Shown here: one piece after another, positions 1 through 12,800 of the stretch | Position numbering within the stretch: position 1 is the first letter of the stretch | Layout: each line of letters opens with the position of its first letter | Translations under genes and position numbers: made by a program | Notes under the pieces: generated by a model | The model's input: only the letters and a program-made list of their open reading frames with translations | Told to the model about the DNA's origin: nothing | The model's database searches: none | NCBI GenBank assembly: GCA_030704615.1 | Contig: CM060731.1 | Location: forward strand, 14,508,001-14,572,000 | Origin: Takakia lepidozioides | Taxonomy: Eukaryota; Plantae; Bryophyta | Length of the DNA: 64,000 bases | Reading direction: 5' to 3'

Positions 1-15
1 GAGGGGTGGGGACAG

Positions 16-1491
16 TTACAGGCAAAACCTGATGTATACTCGAGTTACATGCCAATGAACTACAGCGATTATCTGACGAAGATTGCCAGGTCTGCTGTCC
101 ATAACCCTTTCCTTCCTTTGAGATTGCTGTCTGTGACTTCCATTTCAAGGTCTGTGCATCACAATTAAATCAAGTGGAAATGTATGCATTGCAGGAATGG
201 TGAATGGGGTGACCATGTTACACTGCAAGCTGCTGCTGATTGCGTACTCTCTCCCCTTTGCATAATCTCTCACTGAAGTCTTCCACTATGAGGATCAGAA
301 ATGCTTGGCAGCTTACCTGCACGAGCCTTCACCCTTAGACAATCACTTGAGCAATAGTTTTTATTTTTGGCTCTGGTTTTGTTTCCTCTCTCGTGTTTTC
401 TTCCATTTTGTCCCATAAGCTCTATGAGCTTTCCGCGGACGTTATAAAGCACCACTTCATTCCATTCCCCCTTTGCAGAATGTGGCACTGATGTCTTTGC
501 TCTATCCCTCTATTGTACCAATCAAATCTGCAAGAAAAAGGGGCAACACCCCAGATCAGATCTGTCTTTCTCTCTCTCTCTCCCCAGCCCTGATTGCTCA
601 GTGACTTAGTGCTATCATAGCACGTGGCACATCTACCCAAGCCAGAGGCTCCATACTGCCTTTTACTTCTGTGTCAAGCCAGACTGCCTTCCAGTATGAT
701 GCCACTGCCACACCATATGACTAATCAATACTCTGTATCACTAGTTGTCATGCACAGTGTTGAGCATCATGGCAAGCAGGCTGATGTCTATATCCTGGCG
801 ACTAGCTGCTGGAATGTTGTATTGGAGAGTTGATGAAGGAGTGAGTACAAGAGGGATTTAGGTGAAGACAGAAGTGTGCTGGTGTTTGTAGTGAAAAATA
901 AATAGCCAGTGGAGGGAAGATGGAACATGTCACCAACAGAACAGATGGATAACTTATGCTGCAAGCGGGGTGATGTGCAGTATGGTGTGAAAATATGCGT
1001 GATGACCTCCTTCAAAGACACATGCTTTATCGAAATTGCCCCTGCTGAGCTGAAGACCAAACGAGGTTTGCTACTGGGGCCTTCTTCATGGGCTGAAGTT
1101 CTAATGGCAGGCATTCTCTTCACTGGCATATATATCTTGCCAAGAATAACTTGTTTGCCACTGCCTCCCCCTGAAGATTGAGGGAAGCATATCATAGGCA
1201 TTGTTTATTTATCACTCTTGTCCACCTCTCAGGGGCCACCACGCAGTCATTCTTGAATTACAATAATATGGCGAACTTTGCACCGGGCTTCTGTCCTAAT
1301 ATGCCATGCCCATAAAGAACGTGCTTTAGGGTGTACAATTTGTGTTCTCTTTTTCTAAAATACACATCCAATTAGCCCAACCAATCTATTTCAACTTGCT
1401 TTTTCTTGATGTGTGTACTCGGAGATTCGTGCAGAGCTTTATCTCAGCTTCTGGGCAGAGGTCCACTACAATTCAATTTACCCAATTGGAG
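16..1491 (+). CDS. OTU-like cysteine protease (deubiquitinase), internal exons 16-89, 195-243, 981-1065, 1435-1491; start and last exon not located
   Basis: GT-AG exons splice in frame to LQAKPDVYSSYMPMNYSDYLTKIARNGEWGDHVTLQAAADCYGVKICVMTSFKDTCFIEIAPAELKTKRELYLSFWAEVHYNSIYPIG. GEWGDHVTLQAAAD and SFWAEVHYNSIY are plant OTU-domain motifs. Confidence 0.9.
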
Positions 1492-4400
1492 GTAATTTTC
1501 TCTTTGGGCTTCCTCTCTCAGTAAGTACTGGATTCATCAAGATCTACTAGTGGACTGGACAGGATCGTATAGAGATGGGTGACTTCTCCAGCCATTGCTG
1601 AGTGACTGAGGTTGTCCCAACATCATATACTTTGAATCAAGAAAATGCATTGGAACAGCAGTCTGCTGTGGAATAGTTGTTTAGATCTATTTTTATGGGC
1701 TACAAGTTTAAGCTCATGCGAGTTCCATCCTACTAAAAATGTTCTCAGGCTCAAAGGTAGGCCAGTCCAACTCCCCACCTCCTTCCTTCGGAGACAATGG
1801 CTATGTGAATGTTGACAACTACTCAAGTCAGGAGCCCACAAGGGCAGGCCCTCCATCTAGGGAATGAGGTTTGTAGTTCTCTGTCTGCCTAACACACACT
1901 TGCTCCTTCACCCAGAATTACCAGGATATTTGGAGGATGACTATGCCTGGGGCGCTCCTGACACGAATCTCTAGTGAGTTGACTTTCCTCCTTCCTTGGT
2001 TCTGCAAAGACGGAAGCTGATTACTTGCACCCTGCTGGCCAGAATTTCAGGAGGGAGTTATTGTGTGCAGATCCTTTGTTTTTGTGCAGTGTCAATGCTG
2101 TTGACAACACATAGTTCCATGCAATTTGGAAATCGAAGGAAGAGCAGATTCAGTCTAAAAGGGAAGTTGAAATGAATGCATGTCATACACATGTAGACTT
2201 ATGCCTGTCTACCAACATGTATACTAGGTCTACCAAATGGCACACGTACATGTGTTGTGAGCATTTCTTTGAGTTGGGTTTGCAAACAGACTGGTTTGGG
2301 CAGGTAGGAACTTGTCTACACAGTGTACAGCAAGTGTCTGTCAGTGTTGTGGGTTCTGTTGGAAATCGTTCCAGGTCTAGTGTTGCACAGCAGTTCTGTG
2401 GAAACTTCGTAGTGAGCCCTCCGCAAGTCGCATGAATGAAGTGTGCTTTGGAGTAGTCTAATAGAACTCACATGAGGATTTTATGGTTGCATGTTTTGGC
2501 AGCACTCAAATGGCCCCAGATGCGGTAGATCTTAATAGCAGATATAGTGTAAATTTCTGTTACTAGGATCTCAATGTGGAGCCAATTTTTATACCATGTA
2601 TGCAGTACTCAAACCACGAGTTTCAAGAGTATCATGGGCCAGGGTACATTTCTTGATTCAATGATAGGATGTGAAGTTACTTGGAAAATATGGAGGGTGT
2701 TTAACGCCAAAAATATTCTCTTTCTGCGGGGTATTAATTATTTTGCTAGGGTCCTTCATTTGTGATTGTGTCAAATTGCTCACTTCCAACAGGCTATCAT
2801 AGAGACTCAAATACAATTGTAGGAACTCGGGGGTCGCTCTGGATTGTCAGTTTATGTTGTCCAAGCTGAGTATTAAGCCACACTTGTACATAGCAAAGTA
2901 GAACCTTGATCGCACATGATTATATATAAGAACCCATGACTTGCAATGCTCTTTAATGCAGTGATTTAGCAAATGGAAATGATGTATATCTGGCATGGGG
3001 AAAGCAGATCTTTAGCATATTTGTGTGAGCCTATTTGGAGAGAAAGTGGTGGTGATAGCAAGAAACCTTACGCCCACTAAGTTATAGAGTACCAATGAGC
3101 TCTTCACGCTGATGAGCTCGCCCCCCTTGCACGTGCGTCATTCCCCTCTATGCTCTGTTACAAGTTTTATGTCCTATGTGTCATGTTCTGTAGATTTGGG
3201 AATGAGTTTTTCCATCGCATGCAGATGTATGCTCAACATCATGACATGCATACCATGTCAAATTTATATGTTATGGCATAACTATGAGCATTATGGCTCC
3301 ACATACACTCATATCGTGTGTGACACCTCCAAACCCTCAACTCCCATGTTTGCTCCCCAACATGTCCCCCTAATTGCTACACATTTCAACCAGGAATACC
3401 TAGCACAATTCCATTCTGAAGCACTAGCACGCAAATCAATACACTTTTCAGGCCACCTACCACTCAAAGATGCCCTACAACCACACTCAATACACAAACA
3501 TCACATGGCAATACCCCATCAACTACAAACTCTATAGACACTACCTCCTCAACAGACACTAATACATCAAAAGCATATATACTTGGAGAAATACTAGGTA
3601 TTGCCTCCAAATCATGTTTAGACAAATATAGTAATATGCACTATTAATGCACCGTAAATGCACCGTAAATGGGCGGGTTACTAAGATGAATATAACTCTT
3701 GGGAAGTGGAGAACCTCTTTGGCAACCATGATGATTATGATCCGGAATGTAATATCCAACTGGTAGCTAACTACCATAGATGAACCAATTCAACCTACCT
3801 TGCGCTTTCCAATGAGCAACACACAAAAGAAACGAACTGCCACCACTGGACAACACCAATAAACACTTGCTAAGGAATTTGATAAGCCTTAAAATCTCTA
3901 TCAAGGAGTGCAATCCATATAGTTATATCTCACATACCTTACCACACATCCAAATAAACTCAAACATTGCTCATATATGAAACAATGGGATATACATATG
4001 AAGCATTACCCTTCACAGATTATTGTGGCTTTTGAAACATTCCACTTGAATCATCTTTTGAACATTGAATTCCGCCCATTACCTACAATAGCTTTCTCAT
4101 TGGAGACATCTAGACTATTACAACACTACATCTAAGACTGCCCCCACAAAAATCTACACACAATTTAAAAACTTGTCATTGCACACTCACATTGAGTACT
4201 CCTCACGCCTCTCCTAGACTGCCTCACCACAGAATTACAAAATTTACACGTTCATACTACTCCAACCCAATCACACCCCACTTGGATTACAAGCTACTCT
4301 AGCTTATATAAATCCGATCAATACTTTGGTTCACTAGGCCCAACAAGAACACATCAATGGCAAGGTCATGGCTATGCACACCCTCCTAATCTCACCAAAG

Positions 4401-4614
4401 TTACATTGGGTCCGCATATTAGAGCTTTGCCAACTCGTCCCATGAATCCTTCACAATTCTATTCATTACACTCAATATATCATTGGTACATGTCACACAA
4501 TTGAATATTGTTTCATGTATTATACTCAGAGTTTGATTATTACTTTAGGTAGGAAATGATCTCCGGTAGAAATACAAAACTATTTATGTTCAATGTTCCC
4601 AATGGCAAAATATG

Positions 4615-4695
4615 ATCGGGTTTTTAACAGCTGCCACATAGAGTGTCGGGTATGTCTTTGTGCTCACTCTATGTGGCAGCAGTAAAAAACACGAT
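4615..4695. repeat. Isolated inverted repeat / hairpin (31-bp arms, 19-nt loop)
   Basis: ATCGGGTTTTTAACAGCTGCCACATAGAGTG (4615-4645) pairs with CACTCTATGTGGCAGCAGTAAAAAACACGAT (4665-4695) with 3 mismatches. Confidence 0.8.
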
Positions 4696-5845
4696 GTACT
4701 TTTATTTATGAGGGTGTCATCTCCAACATGATCAACCCTTTATGTTTAGAATACATATTCTAGATGTAGGCCTACTGACTCAGTTGGGGAGAAAGTTGGC
4801 TTCGACTAGCCAACTCTTCTGTGCGCAACTCTTCGTAGGTGTTTAAAGAGAAGACAGACGAAACTAATGAAAGATGATTGATGTCATTTGGGGTAATGAC
4901 TAGTGTTGGACTAGTATTACTAAAATCTGATACCAGATCATTAGTCATGGTATCACAAGGGCCCATATTTCCCAAGACTGGTATGTTCTGGTATTGGAGT
5001 AAGGGGCCGGGTAGGGTATATATAGGAGGGGTATCAATAACGTAAATTTGTGGACGTATAGCAGTAGGGTATCAACATTTGTTTTTTTCCATCTCATATG
5101 GGGGAATATGAAAAATTGCTCAGGTAGGTATATGGAATAGTCAATATATATTCAAGAGAATATTCAAAAAAAAAATTGACCTTTACGGGTCACAATTACA
5201 ACACAATGCACACATACAAAACCAGATTTTAACTCACACACATTGCACATTGAGTATCAAAAAGATGGCATAAAATGCTATGCTCATATATTAATGGATT
5301 GCATGACTCAAAATGCCTTCCTACGCTTCTCCTACAACTCAAACATTGGATTCATGGAAGTGGAACATAATACGAGTTCCAAGCCTTTATTCAAAATTGA
5401 GGCACCAATCCCATTCAAGCTCAAAGATAGACTGCTTGAAAAACCAAAAACCCATAATTAAGCCCCCACTGCGCTAATGACAAAGAAGCGGAAGGAAAGG
5501 TAACACCCCGATGAATGGTCCACGATCGGAACGTTGAATAGAGCAGATGCTGAGACCTGAGCCAAACCTATGTATTCCCCCAATGCAACCTTTTCAACCT
5601 CTTTTCAAACAGGAGGTTGCCATGAATCACGACCTAATTAATAAAGAGCACAAGACCAATGAAGGGATACAACATTAAGAAGCAAAGGAAAAGCTTTTCC
5701 AAGCCTACGGGAGTCCAACTTAGAAAGCAAAAATCTATAAGATTTTTCATCAAATGGCCAGATATGAGCTAGTTTATGGCCAGATATGAAAAGATATGGC
5801 TAGTTTCTGCTTGGCTCTTATGTGCACTCGTCAATAGGATCAGCT

Positions 5846-6543
5846 GCATCCTCTTCAAATAAACCTGCCTCCCCTAGCTCAGACTCGTTCCTACAAATCA
5901 GCCTCTGTAGACCAAAACTCCGCAACATCATTATCTTCAAAAACATAACCAGCTGTAGCATCGACATCAGGTCAGTTTTTGCAAATCATGACAAGAGAGT
6001 CAAGATTACTGATTCCAAGTCGACATCTCCTTAAGCTGGTGAGCACTCTAGCAATATTGAATATGCGCTCCGTTTCGATCTGGCTTTCTGGGATCCCCCT
6101 AGGATTGCCAAAATCTGTCGGGCCTGCAGAAGGATACATTTGGAAATCTGCTTGCATGGTCCTTCCACCATTTGAGAGGTGATGCTCCCTCCTTTGCAAA
6201 GACAGCAAGACTTCCTCGAAACATCATCAATTTGGACACATCAAGTGTCTGGACTCGCCACTATCTTCAGATGTAGGCATATCAAACTGCAAAGAACCTT
6301 TAAGAACTTTGGCTTCAAGGGGGCTGCTCCCTTGGGATGGAAATAAAAACTTGGTCACTTTGACCAACATGGGAATCGAGACATTTTTGTCATACACTTG
6401 AACCAAAAGCTTTGCCCTGTCCCTCCCAATATACTATATAATGTAGTGTAGCCCCTTGAAACGGGGATCCAACATTAAAGCCAATATGTTATGCTCTTTG
6501 TCACTGCAAAACGAAACAGTAAAAACAAGAAATGGCTGCAATA
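5846..6543 (-). pseudogene. hAT transposase pseudogene, 3' part including C-terminal dimerisation domain
   Basis: HNILALMLDPRFKG and WWKDHASRFP...GIPESQIETERIFNIARVLTSLRRCRLGISNLDSLVMICKN; stops and frameshifts present. Confidence 0.85.
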
Positions 6544-7103
6544 AACACTATTTTAACTAATTCTGGACTTTTGTTTGGTCCAGAAATAATATGAGAAATA
6601 TGAATAAACAATATTTATTATTGAAATAAAGCGATATATATGATTGTTTGGCTATTTTATGCACAATATAACCATGAACAATAATCCTCCAAACATTTTT
6701 TGGAGACAATATAAGTATGTATTGTGGTTTTAGAAGAACATCCACTGCCAAGTTGACGTTCATGAAAAAAATCATGGGAGGATGCAATTAATTACACCAT
6801 GATGTGAGGTCAAATATGTAAAACTTTTTGCACAAAATGGTTGCCATATCAGATGACATACAAAACCAAACATAGAACAATCATGGCATGTGATGAAGAA
6901 GATGACATGAAAGAATGAGTCCGCATACATTGATGATAAACATTCATATTTTATTAGAGATTGCAACTTTGGCGTTGCAGTCAGACATAATGTAACGTCA
7001 ACTGTACATCCGTTGGACTTAATGTTATCCAGCGGCTCGAAGCCATACAACGGCTTACACTAACCCATTAATATTACAGAGCCTCCTCCCAAACGGCTCG
7101 CGG

Positions 7104-8232
7104 TCAAGGCATGTGTTCGAAGACGCCTCCGGTTACCACAACCACTTGCAACGGTCTCCGCACCAGAGGAAACGGAAATACTTTCAGAGAACTCGAACCT
7201 AGTAGTAACATTATCATTCGAAATGTTACTTGGAACTCTACTTGTTGAATCTCTTGATGCCCTTGAAGCCTGCCGGGAAGCCCACCATTCTTGCCAATTA
7301 CGAAGCTCTTCTTCGTCTTTTCGAATTCGGTCCTTGAATGCGACTGGGCAAAACAATTTTCCATATGACAAATGTCAGCTGAAATGTGGAACATTTGTAG
7401 AAAAAATGATAAAGTCAAAGTGCAAGTGGAAGACACTTTCAAGATCAAATTCTCCATAAACAACAAACAGTGAGATAAGTACATACCAAGGTAATCAGGT
7501 TCCTTTTGTTGTGGGATCCAAACACGAGGATCAACATATCTTCCATACCAAGCCCAATAGGCATGGTCACGACCAATAGGCTTACGAGAACACTTGGCAG
7601 GGTTCTCGCTGATGTAATCTACGACTGTTAAAGCTGCAGCCATTTTCAATATATATGGCCACACAACTTTTGTCATATCATCCAGGTCAACCAAGCCCTT
7701 TGGTAATGGATTGTATGAAATATAGAAGAATCCAGTATTTGGTGGGTTTCGGAGGCCCTTTGATGGCTCATCATTGATAAGGAGTATTTGTCCTTGCGTT
7801 GCAAAAGGTGTACCAGGGTACTTGACAAGAACAGTGCGAATATCCTTAACGAGATATTTCATCCCAGGCATGATGTAACCTGTAGTGTCTTTGCAATCCT
7901 CAGCTGACCAGATGAAGCAAAACTTCTTCGCAATTTTCGTAGGAACTAAGCACTAGAGCATCCTACAAAGAACATCTCTTTCAGCACATGACCAGATCGC
8001 CACGTGAAAATGCATGAACGCAAGGTTGAGAAACTCCAAGACTCCGGGCCGGAGAACCACAAAAGGTCTGTCGGGAACATAAACTGTAACTTTCCTGAAA
8101 CGAAATCTCTCCTTAAACAATTCACCGCCGGTTGGAGGTGGCCGGTAGTAGAGGAGTCCGTTGACACTCAATATTAACAACATCCGTTTCCTCTTCCCCG
8201 ATGTGGCAAATGAAGGTTGATGGACGATGCCA
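7104..8232 (-). pseudogene. FCP1/NIF-like HAD phosphatase-fold domain (copy C), one in-frame stop and a frameshift
   Basis: LLILSVNGLL...VVLRPGVLEFLNLAFMHFHVAIWS...FIWSAEDC...YLVKDI...ILLINDEPSKGLRNPPNT. ORFs 7953-8183 and 7104-7871 are in the same frame across a TAG. Confidence 0.75.
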
Positions 8233-9856
8233 TCCTGCGCAATTTAAGTATTCCCGCAGTCAGAAACAACACGATGTAGTGTTTCTTAGTTTCAGAGTGA
8301 CCTCTACATTTTCGGAGATATAATTGTCCCGACAATGGACTACTGTAAAGGACCAAGAGTAGACCATATATCGAAGAGTTCGAGATCACGAAAAGATGAA
8401 CGTCGGCTGTCAAGTGGAGGTTAGTGGATGCACCTTGTCGGGAGGCGCATTCAAGAAGTTATGCGGCTCCATACTCGCTTGTATAAAAATTACGGAGTTA
8501 GTTTGGGACAAAAAAACAAACTGCAAACAAAAGTGGAGAAATTGTTTTGAAATGTACCATTGAAGCCTTATTGGAATGTCTTGCAGAAGAATAGTGGATT
8601 CCCGCGGGCTTGGATTAACAAGGCGCCACAACATCCGAGGGAGTCCTCAAGTATTTGGCGTACGCTTTTTTTTTCTTGTCAGCCTTTTGTCCGTTGGAAA
8701 GATTTCCTGCAGAGGAAGGAAATGGCTCGGGGGCTCTTTTTCGCCTCTTTGGTGCAGAACATTGTGCCAGCAGTTCAGGGTCACGTTGTGTTGATGTTGG
8801 AGATGTTTTGCCATTGAACGACGGGAGGAGTGGATGGGCAACAACAGGCAAGCACAGAAAATTGTCCCTTGAGCACTCGACATCCTGGATGGAATGAAAA
8901 CGCAACGAAGGAATAATTTACCTCGGAACTGCATTCCAATGCAGACGTCATTTGACATGAAGGTCATAATCTGCAGATTTTCTTACCTGGAGCGACAAAT
9001 GAATATCAGACCCCAAATTAAGTGAAACTAGGACAATGAGCAAGGAGCGAGAAATGAGTTTAAGTCACCTGACTCCTGCGGATTTGGGCTGTCCAACCCT
9101 CGTGCTGGGGAGATATGCGAGGAAGAGACGGAAGCAGGTGCAGTGGAGCCGTAGCCGAGTCCCCTACGGTTGCCCTGCGGGTTGGATAGACCAGACCCTG
9201 CGTACTGAACAGGGAGGGTGAGGAATGTTGGGAAAGGTCGATAAAGTCTCCGGGATATTTGTGTTCTTCACCTGCACCTTGGACTTTACACCCAGGAAGA
9301 CCCGAGAGAAGAAGAGTGTCGCCAGCTTCCCGGGAGGACAAGGGTCTGATAGAGGATCCACCCTCAAATTGAGCACCATCGTGAACCCTCGGAAAGCCTT
9401 CAATACTCCGACTCACTGCTGATCCGGAGGGTTCCTTTACGGGACTTGAGGAACCGATGACGTCGTCAGCATCTCCTTGAACCTGCCAAAGAGACATAAT
9501 CATAAATCCGGGAGTGCACGAATGTGAACCTCCACTGAACAGTGGAGGTCACTAGATATAGTCATGTCCCCATATGAAGGCTTGTATCAGAGTTTTGGGA
9601 TTGCCCGGACTGTGCGTCAAGAATTCATCTGAAAATGAGTCAAAATGAAAGTATCATATCTTTCACGCGTGTGATTACAAGGAAATGAAAAACAGAAACC
9701 ATGAAGATATTCAATAGCTCGAGTGAGATGGGATTGATAAAAAATAATTTATTTTGAAGCATCATATTTGAAACTCTTAAAACCGTTGTCCTCAATAAAA
9801 TCCCAGAGTGGGCTAAACTTGGGATCGTTTGAAACATTTGGAAAAAAAACTCAACC

Positions 9857-10489
9857 CTATCTTTTTTTCCTAAGATAGCTTGAAAGAGTGGGATGTTTCC
9901 TCATTCCAAGCAAATAGGTCTGAAGAACCTTGAGAAGATAACAACCATCAGTCTCCACAGTCTGGAACGGTTTGAGAACAAGACATGAGTCAGGCGGGTT
10001 CAACACACACTTCATGGCGGTGTCGTCAATGAGCAGAGTGTTACTCTTGGTATATTGTCCACCAAATCTCTGCCAGACCTTGACCAGTGGCTTCAAAAAC
10101 AAATGAGGAGGGTCCAATCCTGATTTGAATTGAGAGTGAACCGAAGTAGGACATGAAATACAATCCTCTTGAGACATAACGAAGGCCGGTTGAGGTAGAC
10201 CACGAAGCAAAAAATCCAGGATGGGCTGCAAGTTCTTGTACATCATAGAGCTCCAAATCCCTAACCGGAAGTGTTTGTGCAACTCTGTCCACACTTCGCG
10301 ATATTTCTCCCGTCTAAAGACAAGTCGGAATCCGACAAGAGCTGGAATTCTGTAGTCCGATTCTGAAAACCGGGGGTAGCTCTTCTGGTGCTTCAAGATT
10401 TTGTACAAGACTCCATTCACGTCAAAAATAATCAAACGCAACCCTTGCGAAGGAGGAGAAACAGGTGCTCCAATCTGCCAGATAGTCAT
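9857..10489 (-). CDS. FCP1/NIF-like HAD phosphatase-fold domain (copy B)
   Basis: LIIFDVNGVL, FRLGIWSSM, FVMSQEDC, LFLKPLVKVW, NTLLIDDTAMKCVLNPP: the motif order of plant FCP1-homology HAD proteins. Confidence 0.8.
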   Translation of the reverse strand: MTIWQIGAPVSPPSQGLRLIIFDVNGVLYKILKHQKSYPRFSESDYRIPALVGFRLVFRREKYREVWTELHKHFRLGIWSSMMYKNLQPILDFLLRGLPQPAFVMSQEDCISCPTSVHSQFKSGLDPPHLFLKPLVKVWQRFGGQYTKSNTLLIDDTAMKCVLNPPDSCLVLKPFQTVETDGCYLLKVLQTYLLGMRKHPTLSSYLRKKR

Positions 10490-10544
10490 TCATACTTAGG
10501 ATGATAAAAGGGAACAGTACAATGCATTTGAAATACCGACACCA

Positions 10545-11290
10545 GGCAAGTGAACCAAAACGTCCACTGGACAGCACCGTTGGGTCGTCCTCGAAGAAAT
10601 CCTTCGTAACGCCGAAATGATGTAGGTCGTTGAATGGCATGACATCCATCCCCGATAACCGGAACATGTTAAGGTGAGGCTTGAGCTCTTCCAGTAGAAA
10701 TTTATCTCTGTCAGGGTCCACGCGCGCCTTATATTTTGGAAGGAAGATGGTATGTCCTAACGGGTTCAAGTAGGACTTGTACATATTCTCTACAGTATCG
10801 ATGATGAGAGTATTGGATTTGTAAGCTGTCGGGTCTTCCTCAGCGAAAATATCGTAAAGACGTTTAAAGTAGATGGGATTTTTGGAAGCTTTGGGCCATT
10901 TTTCGTTGAATGTCAATCTATGCATGACAGAATTCTCAGTGCTGTAAGTTCTGACCTGGGAAAAGTACTTCCCGAACATGGCCTTGACGATAGTCTCGAC
11001 GTTCATTTCAGGTCCAGTGTTTCAAAAACAAACGACAAACTTTTTGACCTTAATGAATTCGTTAAGACCGTTTCGCGTAGCTAACTTGAATTTCCCTGCG
11101 GAGATACAAGGAGGAGGGGTTTTCTTTCCATCCTTTAGGAAAACCTCACAAAGGTAACCGATGTCCAGAACCATGACGTCGTATCCTGGCCGGCACCCGT
11201 TCAGTCCCCAAGGAAGGGAATGCAGATCGTTTGGATTGACAGAAAGGGAATAGTCGACTGGAGGGTAATGCATGTTGTCCTGTGGAATAA
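10545..11290 (-). pseudogene. FCP1/NIF-like HAD phosphatase-fold domain (copy A), frameshifted
   Basis: VMVLDIGYL...KLATRNGLNEFI...IYFKRLYDIF...SNTLIIDT...KSYLNPLGHTIFLPKY...DKFLLEELKPHL; paralogous to copies B and C. Confidence 0.65.
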
Positions 11291-11367
11291 CAGAAGAGTT
11301 CATTATTAATTTTAATTTTCAGAAATCCCAAAGCAGACAAACGAAAGAATGGAGTTGAAATCATTAC

Positions 11368-12800
11368 CGTTTTTTGGGGCGGCTACTGAGATTCCTGGGC
11401 AGGCTGATCTTCCTCTTTTCCATCTCTACGGCAAACGTTATTGTCCTTCTCTGTGGCACCAGATGGCAACCTCGACTGTCCAGTGGAGGTATCTTGTATG
11501 ACCGGCTCAGATATAGCGACAGTGATTGTTCGATCCACTCTTCTCTTCACCGTCTCAGTGTCGTTGGAGTCGGTCCTCGTGTGTTTGATCTCCTCAGACG
11601 TCGTCTCACGAATCTACAGGAAATTAAAGAATCCTACGGATGAGGATTATGGTGGTCAAAACTGATCCGACACAAATTACCGAATTGAGCAATACCGAAG
11701 CTGAGACTCAAAAACCAATAATAAGAGTAATAAAAAAAAAAACAAATGTTTTACCCGAATCGGGATCTGTTGTTGGATTACGCGTTTATGGTGCTCTGTC
11801 TTTTCTCCCTCCCCGCGAGTAGGAGGATTCTCTGACTCATTCCTTGCAAATGGCAACGTCGACTGGACAGTGGAGGTTACTTGCGGAACCGGCTCAGGTG
11901 ACCTGGCCCTCACTGTCAGATCCACGTGTCTCTTCAACGTTTGAGTCTCTTTTTTCTTGTATGCGTCATTTCCACCGATTGGGATTCTTGGATCTATAAG
12001 AAAAGTTATCCAAATCGGTTAGTGGTTGTCCACAAAGGTGTGCGAACGGAAATATGTGTCCGGGTGGAAATATGTTTTATTCGGAAGTCCAGAAAAACGG
12101 ATATGGAAAAACATTGGGATTATGTATAATTACAATATTGTCATATTGTATTCAGAAGTGTGTACGAATAAAAATTCACTAATTGTCATTCGTTACCTAC
12201 ATCCAGAACCACTTCCTGGGTGACATTATGGGACACCAGCTCACGACGATTGTTAACGGGATCCGGTGACATAATCAATGGCTCGTCACCTTCCACAGGT
12301 TTGAAGCCTTGACCGAGGGTTTCAACTAACTCCGTCTTTGTCCCCCTGGAGAATCCGGATTCTTATTCGTGGTGTTATCGGAACTGGAGGAAGAGCAGTC
12401 CAGATTGTGTACATCTTCTGGCGGAACGCGTTCTTGGGTATTTGGAATACTACCTAGATAATCCAACCGGATTTTTCCTGGCCCTCTCTTTCCCTTTCCC
12501 ACATTAGCCGCATCTGCCCCTGCTCTCCGTTGACGATTTCCATGTTCTCATCTTCGTCTTTCTCCTCGTCGTCGTCCTCTCCTTGTTTCTCCTCCATTTC
12601 CTCGTCCTGATCCTTGTCATGTCCTTCATCATCGTCTTCTTTGTCCACTTCGTCATCCTGCAGTGAGTCTACGTCATCTCCGTCTCCTGCGATAGTCTGA
12701 TTGTCAATCTGGAGCGTCTTGAAATAGGCCTCCACCTTGCTTCTACAAAATTTCTTTTTCGTTACAAAGTTTATGTCGAGCACACGAATATTTCTTTCCT
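11368..12800 (-). pseudogene. Probable downstream exons of the Sola-element accessory gene (acidic low-complexity region and duplicated small exons)
   Basis: Acceptor near 12800 opens ERNIRVLDINF...DDEVDKEDDDEGHDKDQDEEMEE. GT-AG-bounded segments near 11751-11995 and 11368-11615 share a duplicated motif. Confidence 0.45.

Noticed and set aside
3100-4500. Possible decayed LINE ORF1 region (a KDCP knuckle-like remnant near 4135)
   Set aside because: Too degenerate to support a call by eye.
4925-4934. TGGTATCAGA PBS-like motif on the minus strand
   Set aside because: No recognisable LTR or gag next to it.
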